Assembly (NCBI GenBank): GCA_051599415.1
Contig: AP039690.1
Span: 186,001 to 250,000, forward strand
DNA from: Savitreella phatthalungensis
Lineage: Eukaryota
DNA: 64,000 nucleotides
Direction: 5' to 3'
Below are positions 1 through 10,268 of the stretch, piece after piece (the stretch's first letter is position 1; each line of letters starts with the position of its first letter). The notes beneath the pieces are model-generated. The model had not been told where the DNA came from. It did no database searches and saw nothing but the letters and a program-made list of their open reading frames with translations. The position numbers were made by a program, and so were the translations under genes.

Positions 1-1
1 G

Positions 2-1951
2 TCCAGGGTAGTGTCCACATATCTCAGCCTGCGAGAGAATCCAAGGGCATTGCAGGAGCAATACAGAGGTGTAAAGGTGTCAGTCGAACACGCCCTATTC
101 GTGCGTAACCTGATGCAGATCAGCAGAGATGTGGAGATTGAGGGTAGTGACAGGACGAGAGCTGTCGTTGAAGCATTCGTCGAGACGGTTGAGCAGGACA
201 TTCTTGCTCAATTTGAGCAGGCACGCGAGGAAGAAGATCTCGCCGGTATGGCGCACTGCGCGCGTGTCATGTACGAATACAATGGAGGCAGCAGCGTCCA
301 CAGAGCATTCGTGAACCAGCATCGCTTCTTCATGCGTAATATGGAGGCAGATGAGCAGCTTGGCAGCAATGAAAACTGGCAAGTCTTGCCAGATCCTGAT
401 GCTGAGATCCCGGCACTCGAGCCCTCGGTAATCGTCCTTTTCCGAGAGGTAAAACGCGTCTGCAAGAACGAGTTCCCTCTCATCAACCGCATCTTTCCTC
501 AGCCAGCGACAGTTAAGGCGATCTTCCTAGAGCGTATCTTTGCGCAGCTCATTCAGCAGCGCCTCGAAGAGCTCCTCCATTTTGCAGAGAACCAGTCAAC
601 ACTAGCCTACTTGCGGACGTTACAGACTTCGCACGAGGTCGTTGGCGCGCTCGTGGACTCCATCAAAGGACTATCACCTCAGGAGACTGGCAACGACGAG
701 GATGACGCTGACGCACAGACAGTATCGAACGTGCTGGATGTCGCCTCGGCCGATCTATTTGTACCGTATCTCGAGTCCGGCGGCGGCGGTGCTGGACGGT
801 ACATGGACAAGGAAAAGAAATCGCTTGCCGAGTTGTATTCCTCCGTGCTGTACAAATTCACGCGCTTCCATCAGCGCAGCAGCGCAGGCGGCGGCCGTGG
901 CAAGAACACCGCCGCTTCGTACCTCGATCGCGTGCTGACCAAGGAAGGCAAAGTCGGAAATTTGATGCGACTAGCCGGTATTGAGCGGAAAGGTAGCACA
1001 GTCCGTGCGGAAGACCTCGAGGAAGTCGACATCACAGAGGCAGATGGTATACTCCGGCCGGAGATCGTTAAGCGCATGCTCCGTTGGCATGCTGAGGCTG
1101 TCGGACGCGCGATGGAGCTTGGATCACCATCAGATGTGCCGAAGGACGGGGCGACCTTGATGCAGACGCTCATTGACTATGTCGCCACAGAGTACCTCGA
1201 GGTCTGGCTGGACAGATGTCTTGACGACGTCCCTTCTCCCGGAGAACTCCGACAGGAACCGACGCTGACGTGGTTCGGCGGTCTACGCGACAGTACACGA
1301 ATCGCGAAGCTGCTTTTCAGCTATATCGATCTAGTCATCGTCCCGATGGCCGGCGCAAACCTGTCGGTAAAGCGCGAGATCACAGCCCGGGTGACCAGTA
1401 CGACTAAGCGCATCAACGGGCGTATCAGTGCGGTCATTTCTCGCTCCGCTGATCTAATCCTGTCTTGGATCAACCAGCTTCTCGCAAGGCAAAAGCGCAG
1501 CGACTTTATCCCACAGGACGAGATCGACCTGTCACAAATGCAGACTCCTGTGGGAACATCCGTCGCTGCATTCCTTGCACGAGTTGGACAAGCTGCCAAG
1601 GATGGCTTACTGCCGGACTCATTCCTGGCGGATGTCGGCGTGCGCATCCAGCTTACTATGCTAGAGCACTTCCGCAGGTACCAGGTAAACGCAACAGGAG
1701 GTCTGCTTCTTGCTAAGGACATCTCACAGTACCAACGCGCTGTGGATCTGTGGGGAATCCCAGCACTTCAACCGCGCTTCCAACTACTCTGTGACATCGG
1801 CAGCATCTTTATCGTCAAGCCAGACGTTCTACGTGCCCTGGTCTCCGACGGAGAGCTCGCCGGGATCTCTCCCAGGCTACTCTTGCCGTACCTCCAATGC
1901 AGAGAGGACTATACAAGCGAGAGCATTGCCAATGTCTTACGCAGAGGCTAA
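2..1951 (+). CDS. SEC10: Exocyst complex component Sec10 (5' truncated by window edge)
   Basis: Frame open from the window start to TAA at 1949-1951. Helical protein with Sec10-like segments (FVNQHRFF, FLERIFAQLIQQRLE, LARQKRSDFIP, VNATGGLLLAKDISQY). Confidence 0.9.
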   Translation, partial: SRVVSTYLSLRENPRALQEQYRGVKVSVEHALFVRNLMQISRDVEIEGSDRTRAVVEAFVETVEQDILAQFEQAREEEDLAGMAHCARVMYEYNGGSSVHRAFVNQHRFFMRNMEADEQLGSNENWQVLPDPDAEIPALEPSVIVLFREVKRVCKNEFPLINRIFPQPATVKAIFLERIFAQLIQQRLEELLHFAENQSTLAYLRTLQTSHEVVGALVDSIKGLSPQETGNDEDDADAQTVSNVLDVASADLFVPYLESGGGGAGRYMDKEKKSLAELYSSVLYKFTRFHQRSSAGGGRGKNTAASYLDRVLTKEGKVGNLMRLAGIERKGSTVRAEDLEEVDITEADGILRPEIVKRMLRWHAEAVGRAMELGSPSDVPKDGATLMQTLIDYVATEYLEVWLDRCLDDVPSPGELRQEPTLTWFGGLRDSTRIAKLLFSYIDLVIVPMAGANLSVKREITARVTSTTKRINGRISAVISRSADLILSWINQLLARQKRSDFIPQDEIDLSQMQTPVGTSVAAFLARVGQAAKDGLLPDSFLADVGVRIQLTMLEHFRRYQVNATGGLLLAKDISQYQRAVDLWGIPALQPRFQLLCDIGSIFIVKPDVLRALVSDGELAGISPRLLLPYLQCREDYTSESIANVLRRG

Positions 1952-2294
1952 ATGGAGGTTTCCTCGCCAACTAGCTAGCAATGTATCACAATATCAACCG
2001 AGCATGTCCTTCTTCTGACTCTGCCTCCAGCTTGGACTGATTCTGGCTCATCCATGAACAAACCACCTTGAGCGTCGTGCGTGCATGTGCAAGTGAGTTA
2101 TCACCGCGCCACAAATTTTTTTATTTCACTCAGATGCAACACGCTCAATCACGCACGCACGGTCACCACACTAAACCCGAACACGTCGCAGAAGCCGCAA
2201 CGACAGTCAGCTCACAAAGAAGCAAGACGACCATTCACCTAGCCGTGTTCACGCTTAATAGCATCTCAAGAGGAAGTATCACAGATCCGCAGTC

Positions 2295-3095
2295 ATGGTG
2301 TCGGTATTTGTACCGATCCTGTACCTTGCGGTGCTGATCACTTCTCTCGCGACGTTCTCGTACTACTACCGGAAACGCCGGCTGGCGTTGGAGAGCGGTG
2401 TGCAGATGGAGCGGTGGTTTCCTCCTCACCACGCTCGGGATATCTACTTTTCGTTGCTGGCATCGATCGGGGACGAGGTCGATGCTGAGAAGGCTGAGGT
2501 CGCGTCGTTGTCGGCGCAGGAGCAGCTGCAGCGGCAGCAGACTCGGACAACCCCGTCCAAGACGCAGCTCCTCAAATCAGCACTCCTCCTCAGAGCGTAC
2601 GAGGACATCAAGCGACTCAACGAGCTCAACATCCGAAAGGGAGCACTCCACAACCTCGTCCAGCGCGGAGGGTGCAGCGACGATCTGTGGCGGAGGATGC
2701 TGGTGGTCGAGGACGAGATGAAGCAGGAGTTGTTGGATGTGGTGACCGAGGCAGGTGCGATTCAGGAAGGATGGGGTCAGATCATCTTTGCCACCGCAAA
2801 CGAGATGCAGCTCAACAACGATGTGCGCGAGCGGCTTGAGGGGTTGGTTCCGCTTGCCGTCAAGACCAGGCAGGAGTTCGTGGACGGCGCAGAGGCAAGG
2901 GAGGCAAGGCAGAAGAAGGCTGCCGCTCGCAAGGCAGCAAGGCAGGCCGCCGAAAGGGAGGGAAAGCAGGTCGAGCTCGAGCGTGCTCAGAAACAGGCAG
3001 ATAAGGTCGCAGAAGAGTTGATTGCTGAGGCCGCACAGACGCAGACTACATCGGCAAAGGGGTCTCCTGGGTCAGCGAAGAAGCGGCGGAAGTAA
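2295..3095 (+). CDS. SEC66: Sec62/63 translocon subunit Sec66
   Basis: N-terminal TM (VPILYLAVLITSLATFSYYYRKR), then WFPPHHARDIYFSL and LLKSALLLRA motifs, and a C-terminal coiled coil. Confidence 0.85.
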   Translation: MVSVFVPILYLAVLITSLATFSYYYRKRRLALESGVQMERWFPPHHARDIYFSLLASIGDEVDAEKAEVASLSAQEQLQRQQTRTTPSKTQLLKSALLLRAYEDIKRLNELNIRKGALHNLVQRGGCSDDLWRRMLVVEDEMKQELLDVVTEAGAIQEGWGQIIFATANEMQLNNDVRERLEGLVPLAVKTRQEFVDGAEAREARQKKAAARKAARQAAEREGKQVELERAQKQADKVAEELIAEAAQTQTTSAKGSPGSAKKRRK

Positions 3096-3201
3096 AGTGT
3101 TCCTGGGAGCAGGACACTCATAGTCAAACACAGGATAAACAAGTTGAAAAGTCATGCATGTCGTCATTAAGTGTTACGTGGGTTGTTGTGTGTACAGTGG
3201 A

Positions 3202-4458
<1,257 letters not shown>

Positions 4459-4685
4459 TCAACCACATGCACTGATGATGTCGCCTACACACACACGCAC
4501 AACAGTATATCCCCATACCTCCGCACTCTCATACCCTTTGATAACACCGGACTCTACTGTATAAGACAGGCTTTCTACTCATTGGCGCCTTCGCAGGCAT
4601 TCTCAGTCAGCTGTCAATCAAGCGCCAAAGGCTCAGGGATCTGGGCTGATTGCACGCGTGAGAGCAGAGACTAGAGCATTCGGTT

Positions 4686-6093
4686 ATGGCGACGAGCGAC
4701 TGGCCGACAGGGTCTCCGCCGACGAGCCGTGCTGATCTGGGCGAGCCTACAGGTCCACAGGATCCGACGTATCAGGTCCATAGAGCGGAAGAGGCTCCTG
4801 ACTTCAGCGCTCACCCTGCACTCCGGCCTCGGAACTCGTACGATGAGCGGACGAAGCTGGTGTGTACGGTGACGCAGCCTGTGAAAGAAGGGTGCTTCGT
4901 CACGGGACGCATACATGTCATATTTGGTGACGACGAGGTCTTCGCTTCCTGTTTTCCAGAAAGCCGAGTTCGCTGTCAGGAGGAGGTACAATGATTTCTG
5001 CTTTCTACATGCGACATTGGTACATGAGTACGCGGCCTGTATTGTGCCGCCGCTGCCGGACAAGCACGCCGCAAGCGCTTACATCAAGGTCGGCGGCAGA
5101 TTCGATGCTGACTTTGTGGGCCGGAGATGCCACTCCCTGGAGAGGTTCCTGTCACGGTGCGCGCTACACCCGGAGATCAAGCACTCGAAGGATCTCCACG
5201 TCTTCCTCGAGAGTGGCGACTGGAATGCGTACGTCAGAACACGGGCTGCTCAGACGAAGCGGACTGGCGCTGCGAGCACGAGCTCAGTTGGTGCAGATGA
5301 CGGCGTGATGGAAGGTCTGAAGGATTCGCTCATGTCTGCCTTCACGAAATCTGGCAAGGCGGAGCGGAAGTTTGTGGATGTGCGAGACCGCTCAGACAAG
5401 CTTGCCAAGGATCTCGCGCAGATCGAGAGACTTGTCGGGAAGATCGTGCGGCGGGAAGTGGACGTCGAGAATGACGCAGTGGAGATGGCCAAGCAGTTTG
5501 CTCGGCTGGGAGAGTACGAGCCAGCGCTCGAGGCTGAATTCACCTCATTCTCAAAGGCGCTTGCCGACACAGCAGCACACCTCCGCACGCTACGGGATCA
5601 CACAGATGCCGCATATCTGACATCCCTCCACGATCAGTCGGCCTTCAACGTCGCCCTCAAGCAGCTGCTCAAGGCGCGCGATCAGAAGCAGTCTGACTTT
5701 GAGGCACTGTCGGAGTACCAGGACAGGACAGTAGTCGAGCGTGATCAGGTGGCAAGTGGATACAACACGTCTTCGCTGTTGCAGCAGAAGGTCGATAATC
5801 TCCGGGGCTTGAACCACGAGTCACAGCGACGTGACAAGCTGCGCAAGCTCGAGGCGCAGGCCAGCCGACTGCAGGAAGAGACTGATAAGGCGCGAACGCA
5901 GAGTGACGCTTTTGATGAGGCGGTGGTGAGAGAGTGTGCTGTCTTCGAAGAGGCTAGAGCTGAAGAGATGCGCGCGAGCATGAGGCAATTCGCCAGAGCC
6001 AACGCCGACTTCTACCGCACCATCATCGATGATTGGCAAGTCGTCCTTGCTCGAGGCACCCAACCAACGACGACCAACGTCACGTCGACCTAG
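4686..6093 (+). CDS. SNX4: Sorting nexin-4 / Atg24 (PX-BAR) with an apparent +1 frameshift near 4890
   Basis: PX motifs (SYLVTT, VRRRYNDF, VPPLPDKH, LERFL) plus a BAR region in ORF 4915-6093. The first PX strand (LVCTVTQPVKE) lies in the upstream frame starting at ATG 4686. Confidence 0.9.
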
Positions 6094-6099
6094 CTGACA

Positions 6100-7518
6100 T
6101 CACAATACCAGCATGTCGATCGGTCCTCCATCTGCGTCGTAAGCAGTCCATGTGATGGAGAGATGCTCCCGAGCAGCTCCGTGTCCTGGAAGTCGTTCTT
6201 CGGCAGGGTCTGTATCGTCATAGACGCTGTGCTGGATGTCGAGGATGGCGTAGTGGTATCTGACGACGGTCTTGACAGCATGTGGCATACCGAGGATGCG
6301 CCACGAGGCTTCATTCCCGTCCCGCGCGTTCTCTTCCTCGCCCACACACGTAGCAAGATCCCCCTCTGTAGACCAATCGCAGACCCTGTCGTAATCGAGC
6401 GTGCCGCCACCACCGCCGACGGTGATGTAGTGCGTGTCGGCGAGGGAGAGCCGCTGGTAGTTGTGCTGGTGTCCGGAGACGACGAGGTCTGCAGGCTTGA
6501 AGTGTCGGACGTCCGTCGTCGGGTCGGAGGGCACGCTCCACAGCGGCATGTACTCCTCCCGGACGTGTCTATTCCACTCCCGTTCGCCACCGTCCACCCA
6601 TGACACAGGGTCCCAGTATTCGATGAAGGGCGACATGTGTGTGAGGACGATCCGGCGGTGGGCTTTCCGGGCGTCCGGAGAGTCGAATGCTGCAGCGATG
6701 TGGGCGCGCTGGCTGTGGGTGTCTGGCGTCTGTGCGTTGACGATGAGGACGAAGAGGCGGCCGCCAGCGAGGGTGAACGAGCCGTACGACTTGGCGGGCG
6801 AGTATAGACTCGGTGTGTCGTGGTTACCAGCGAGAAGGACGATCGGCGAGCTCAGCAGCCCGGCCCAAGCAATCGGGTTCCAGAAATCGGTCGACCATGC
6901 ACGCGAGTCATCCGCCTGCTGCACGGCGTCACCGAGATGGACCAGCAGCGCGGGTCTCCAGGACCGCAAAGAGTGTAAGAGCTTGGTGAACTGCGTCGCT
7001 GCAAACTGATTGTCTCCTACGAGAGCGATGCGGACGCCGTAGTGGCCAGGCTCGTTGACGATGCTGGCAGGCAGGGGCACGCTGATGTGATACTCACTGC
7101 TCTGCCAATTGGGCGTGATAATACGTAGAGTGAGGCCCTGAGCATCGCTATGGAGCTCAAGCGGACACCTGTAGACAATCGCCTGAGTTTCCGGATCAAT
7201 GCTGGACGAGCACGCCCTATCCTCAGCTGATTGTACTCCATAAGTCCTAAATCTGATCCCTGCTTCTGGAGGTAATTTGGACTTGACCCTGAACTCGAAC
7301 ACCACTTCGTAGGAGTCCTGCCCTACGAGTTGAAGCATCGGCTGCTTGCTCAATATGCTTGCAAGACCGATGGCGGCGAACGTATCGTGCATCGCCCATC
7401 GGAAGTGCCATGTGCGGACAAGGAGGAAGGATTTGGCACCGGAAGCCCTGTTCAGACAGACGATCAGGAAGAAGATGATTGCCGCGACCAGAACCGCGCG
7501 CTTGCGAATACGCGGCAT
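6100..7518 (-). CDS. Membrane-anchored/secreted calcineurin-like metallophosphoesterase
   Basis: N-terminal signal anchor. Metal motifs GDNQ, HLGDAVQ, GNHD, VLTH, SGHQH, plus ITVGGGG. Confidence 0.85.
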   Translation of the reverse strand: MPRIRKRAVLVAAIIFFLIVCLNRASGAKSFLLVRTWHFRWAMHDTFAAIGLASILSKQPMLQLVGQDSYEVVFEFRVKSKLPPEAGIRFRTYGVQSAEDRACSSSIDPETQAIVYRCPLELHSDAQGLTLRIITPNWQSSEYHISVPLPASIVNEPGHYGVRIALVGDNQFAATQFTKLLHSLRSWRPALLVHLGDAVQQADDSRAWSTDFWNPIAWAGLLSSPIVLLAGNHDTPSLYSPAKSYGSFTLAGGRLFVLIVNAQTPDTHSQRAHIAAAFDSPDARKAHRRIVLTHMSPFIEYWDPVSWVDGGEREWNRHVREEYMPLWSVPSDPTTDVRHFKPADLVVSGHQHNYQRLSLADTHYITVGGGGGTLDYDRVCDWSTEGDLATCVGEEENARDGNEASWRILGMPHAVKTVVRYHYAILDIQHSVYDDTDPAEERLPGHGAAREHLSITWTAYDADGGPIDMLVL

Positions 7519-7809
7519 AATTATAGCAATCCTAATGATCCGTCATCACTGGCAGAAATCTAACGAAGACACCATCCTTGAGTATCGATGTAGGCTGTAT
7601 ACTTCAGAGGTAAGTTTATGTGTGTCTGGCGTCGATGCTTCTGCATGTGACATGTGACATATGTTTGTGAGGCGTAAACTTGCCTTTACGCCACGAAGAT
7701 AAACAATTGTAATCATCCACTTCCACGCACACTCTCACAGACACCTCTGACAGAGAGCCGTCTGGTGCTTATCATGGCTAATTTCGGCCGAGGGTAGTAG
7801 GAGTAGAGA

Positions 7810-8433
7810 ATGGAGGTGGCGCGCCATGGATATCGATACGCTTCGCAGTACTGTGAGGAGAACATTTACCACTTGGCGAACGACTTGCTGACAATGGATG
7901 GAGATGTGGATGCATCTGTCGTGTTCATCAGTAATCGGCTTCGCAGGGTTCCATTTTTCTCGACTGTCAAGCATGCAACGACGCCTGATCGACCGCTGAT
8001 CTGGGACTACCATGTGATCCTGGTGACCCATTCAGAGTGCGGTGTTGCGCAAGTGTTTGACTTCGATGCCAGCACGGTGTTTCCTACACCATGGCAAGTG
8101 TACAGGTCGGTAGTCTTACGAACGCACCTGCCGCTGCTGGAAGACTTCAGACGAATGTACAGGGTGATCCCTGCGCGGAGGTTTCTGGAGACTTTTGCGT
8201 CAGACAGGTCGCATATGCTGGATCCGTGTGGAGACGGCACATACTTTGCGCCGATTCCAAATTGGCCGCTGATCCGAGGGACTTTGTCAGTCTCCCTCAT
8301 GACGCTGCATGCGCTGATTCAGATCCCGTCGTTCGACACTTCTGACGACAGTGCACTGGGACGTGTCATGACGGAGGACGAATTTGTCAAGTGGATGAGC
8401 GAGCATGGTGAAGGGAGACGCTTGAACGGGTGA
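7810..8433 (+). CDS. NTAQ1: Protein N-terminal glutamine amidohydrolase (WDYHV family)
   Basis: YCEENIY (catalytic Cys), IWDYHVI, FDFD and FASDRSHM signature motifs. Confidence 0.92.
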   Translation: MEVARHGYRYASQYCEENIYHLANDLLTMDGDVDASVVFISNRLRRVPFFSTVKHATTPDRPLIWDYHVILVTHSECGVAQVFDFDASTVFPTPWQVYRSVVLRTHLPLLEDFRRMYRVIPARRFLETFASDRSHMLDPCGDGTYFAPIPNWPLIRGTLSVSLMTLHALIQIPSFDTSDDSALGRVMTEDEFVKWMSEHGEGRRLNG

Positions 8434-8549
8434 CCTTCCACGTGCTTGGATGTGATGTCCGTCTGTTTGAGGACACGCTATGAGATAACATCCCGCTCTT
8501 CCGACAAACGTTATCAGACCCCAACAGATTCGAGCGTTACAGTTGCAGG

Positions 8550-8870
8550 ATGAGCAGGAAGTGGACAGACGACATGGAGAAGCGGATGCTGGTGAGCGCG
8601 CTGTGCCAGGTGACTGGTGGTGGTGGTGCTGGCTTGGAGGTGGATTTTGACAAGATTGCTGCTGAGCTGGACGGCAAGTTTACTCCTTCTGCCTGCAGGT
8701 TTCAGCTCTGGAAACTGCGGAGCAAGTGGCGATCGACACAGGCTTCTGGCACTACAGACTCCCCAAACAATCATGCAGGTGCCCGTCATCAGGCCTTACC
8801 GTCCCCGCCCAAGAAACGTAAGCAAAACGCGCCTCCGCCGACAATGGACGCAGATGACAGCGAATATTGA
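8550..8870 (+). CDS. Small Myb/SANT-like nuclear protein, paralog A (106 aa)
   Basis: KWTDDMEKRML...DFDKIAAELDGKFTPSACRFQLWKLR, NLS PKKRK, acidic end. Similar to the two adjacent ORFs. Confidence 0.75.
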   Translation: MSRKWTDDMEKRMLVSALCQVTGGGGAGLEVDFDKIAAELDGKFTPSACRFQLWKLRSKWRSTQASGTTDSPNNHAGARHQALPSPPKKRKQNAPPPTMDADDSEY

Positions 8871-8926
8871 GAACTTTGAATGCTGTCATTCACGTCCCGT
8901 ACCTTCTTTCGAATCGTTGTCTAAGG

Positions 8927-9313
8927 CTACTCGCTACTACTGTCGGCGTAATTGATTTCGACATCAGCTGATTCAGAGTCGTCAGCGGCATCGTCTTGAT
9001 TGCTGTGTTTGGGGCGTCTTGACTTGTTTGAGGGTGAGCCTGCACCGTTGTTTGTGGTCTTGCGCTTTCGCGGGGATGGCTGTGGTGATTGCTGCTTCGA
9101 CTGTGCATCGAGTCCAGGCTGTAGTGCTGATTTGAGCTTGTTGAACTGCTGGAGGCACCCGCTCGGGGAAGCTCGTCCGACCGCGGCAGCGACGAATTCC
9201 CATGAGACACCAGACTGCACAGCTGTCCTTCCCCCGACGGACTGTATCGACATCAACATTGCAAGTAGAAGCTTCACGCGCTCTTCAGCCGTCCAGGGCT
9301 TATCTGCACCCAT
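8927..9313 (-). CDS. Small Myb/SANT-like nuclear protein, paralog B (128 aa)
   Basis: PWTAEERVKLLL...SWEFVAAAVGRASPSGCLQQFNKLK, NLS PRKRK, acidic tail. Confidence 0.75.
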   Translation of the reverse strand: MGADKPWTAEERVKLLLAMLMSIQSVGGRTAVQSGVSWEFVAAAVGRASPSGCLQQFNKLKSALQPGLDAQSKQQSPQPSPRKRKTTNNGAGSPSNKSRRPKHSNQDDAADDSESADVEINYADSSSE

Positions 9314-9567
9314 CGACAGAACTGGCCAGGTGGCAAATTTTCAAATGAGAGTGGTACGACGATGAAGGATGGATAATCTTATGCGAGATCGTGATGAGCG
9401 GTTGGATGCTGAGGGGGATGATCGCCTGTCATCCATTTACTTCTCAAACAAGAGGGAAGCGGTTGGCGTGGGGGAGGCCTCAGGAATGTGGATCGACCGA
9501 TGGCTGGGAGGGTCCATGCTAATTTGAAACTACTAAGAGGATGGGAGTAACGTAAGCGCTTAATCTG

Positions 9568-9981
9568 CTACGAAGAGTCACCTTCATCATCTGCTTCAGC
9601 CTCATCTGGGGAGGGCTCCTCTTCTGCTTCTTCTTCCTCTTCCTCTTCAGTCTCGTATTCGTCTTGCTTGCTTTTTCTGCGGCGACGTTGCTGCTGTGAT
9701 TGCTGCTGTTGCTTCTTGACCGGTGAGAAGGTGAGAGTTGAAGTCTTGCGCTTGCGTGGTGTCGATTGTGCTGCATCCGCTGTTGATGATGAGGTAGAAG
9801 AGCCTGTAGCGAGTGCTCCTGCAGCTTTTCTGAGTATTGCGTAACGATGGGTCAGCGCTTTCGGCGTAAATTCAGGACCTAGCGTAGCAGCAGCCGCTAC
9901 CAAATCTGCCTTAACATTAGCGTTGTGGATGACGATGAGAAGAAACCTCTTGTCCAGCTCATCTGTCCACTTGACTGGCAT
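9568..9981 (-). CDS. Small Myb/SANT-like nuclear protein, paralog C (137 aa)
   Basis: KWTDELDKRFLL...DLVAAAATLGPEFTPKALTHRYAILRK, NLS PRKRK, poly-Glu tail. Confidence 0.75.
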   Translation of the reverse strand: MPVKWTDELDKRFLLIVIHNANVKADLVAAAATLGPEFTPKALTHRYAILRKAAGALATGSSTSSSTADAAQSTPRKRKTSTLTFSPVKKQQQQSQQQRRRRKSKQDEYETEEEEEEEAEEEPSPDEAEADDEGDSS

Positions 9982-10268
9982 GTCGACTTAGGGGTATGAT
10001 GGATGAGAGCCGGGCTGGGTTGTGAAATGTCTGGGATTTGGGCGGGTGGACGGGGGTCAAGTATGGGAGCAACAAGGGTGGATGTACCACGATGGATCAC
10101 GAGACGAGGGAACAACGATGGAGACAGTCTGACCTTAGATTGACTATCGCGTGGGAGAGTATGGCTGAAGGTGGTGTCGGTAGCAAGGATGAATGGAAGC
10201 CATGCGATGCCATTGGGAGATACAAAAGTGAGGTCAGGCGGGCGGCAGCCGGATTGTTAGGAACGAAC

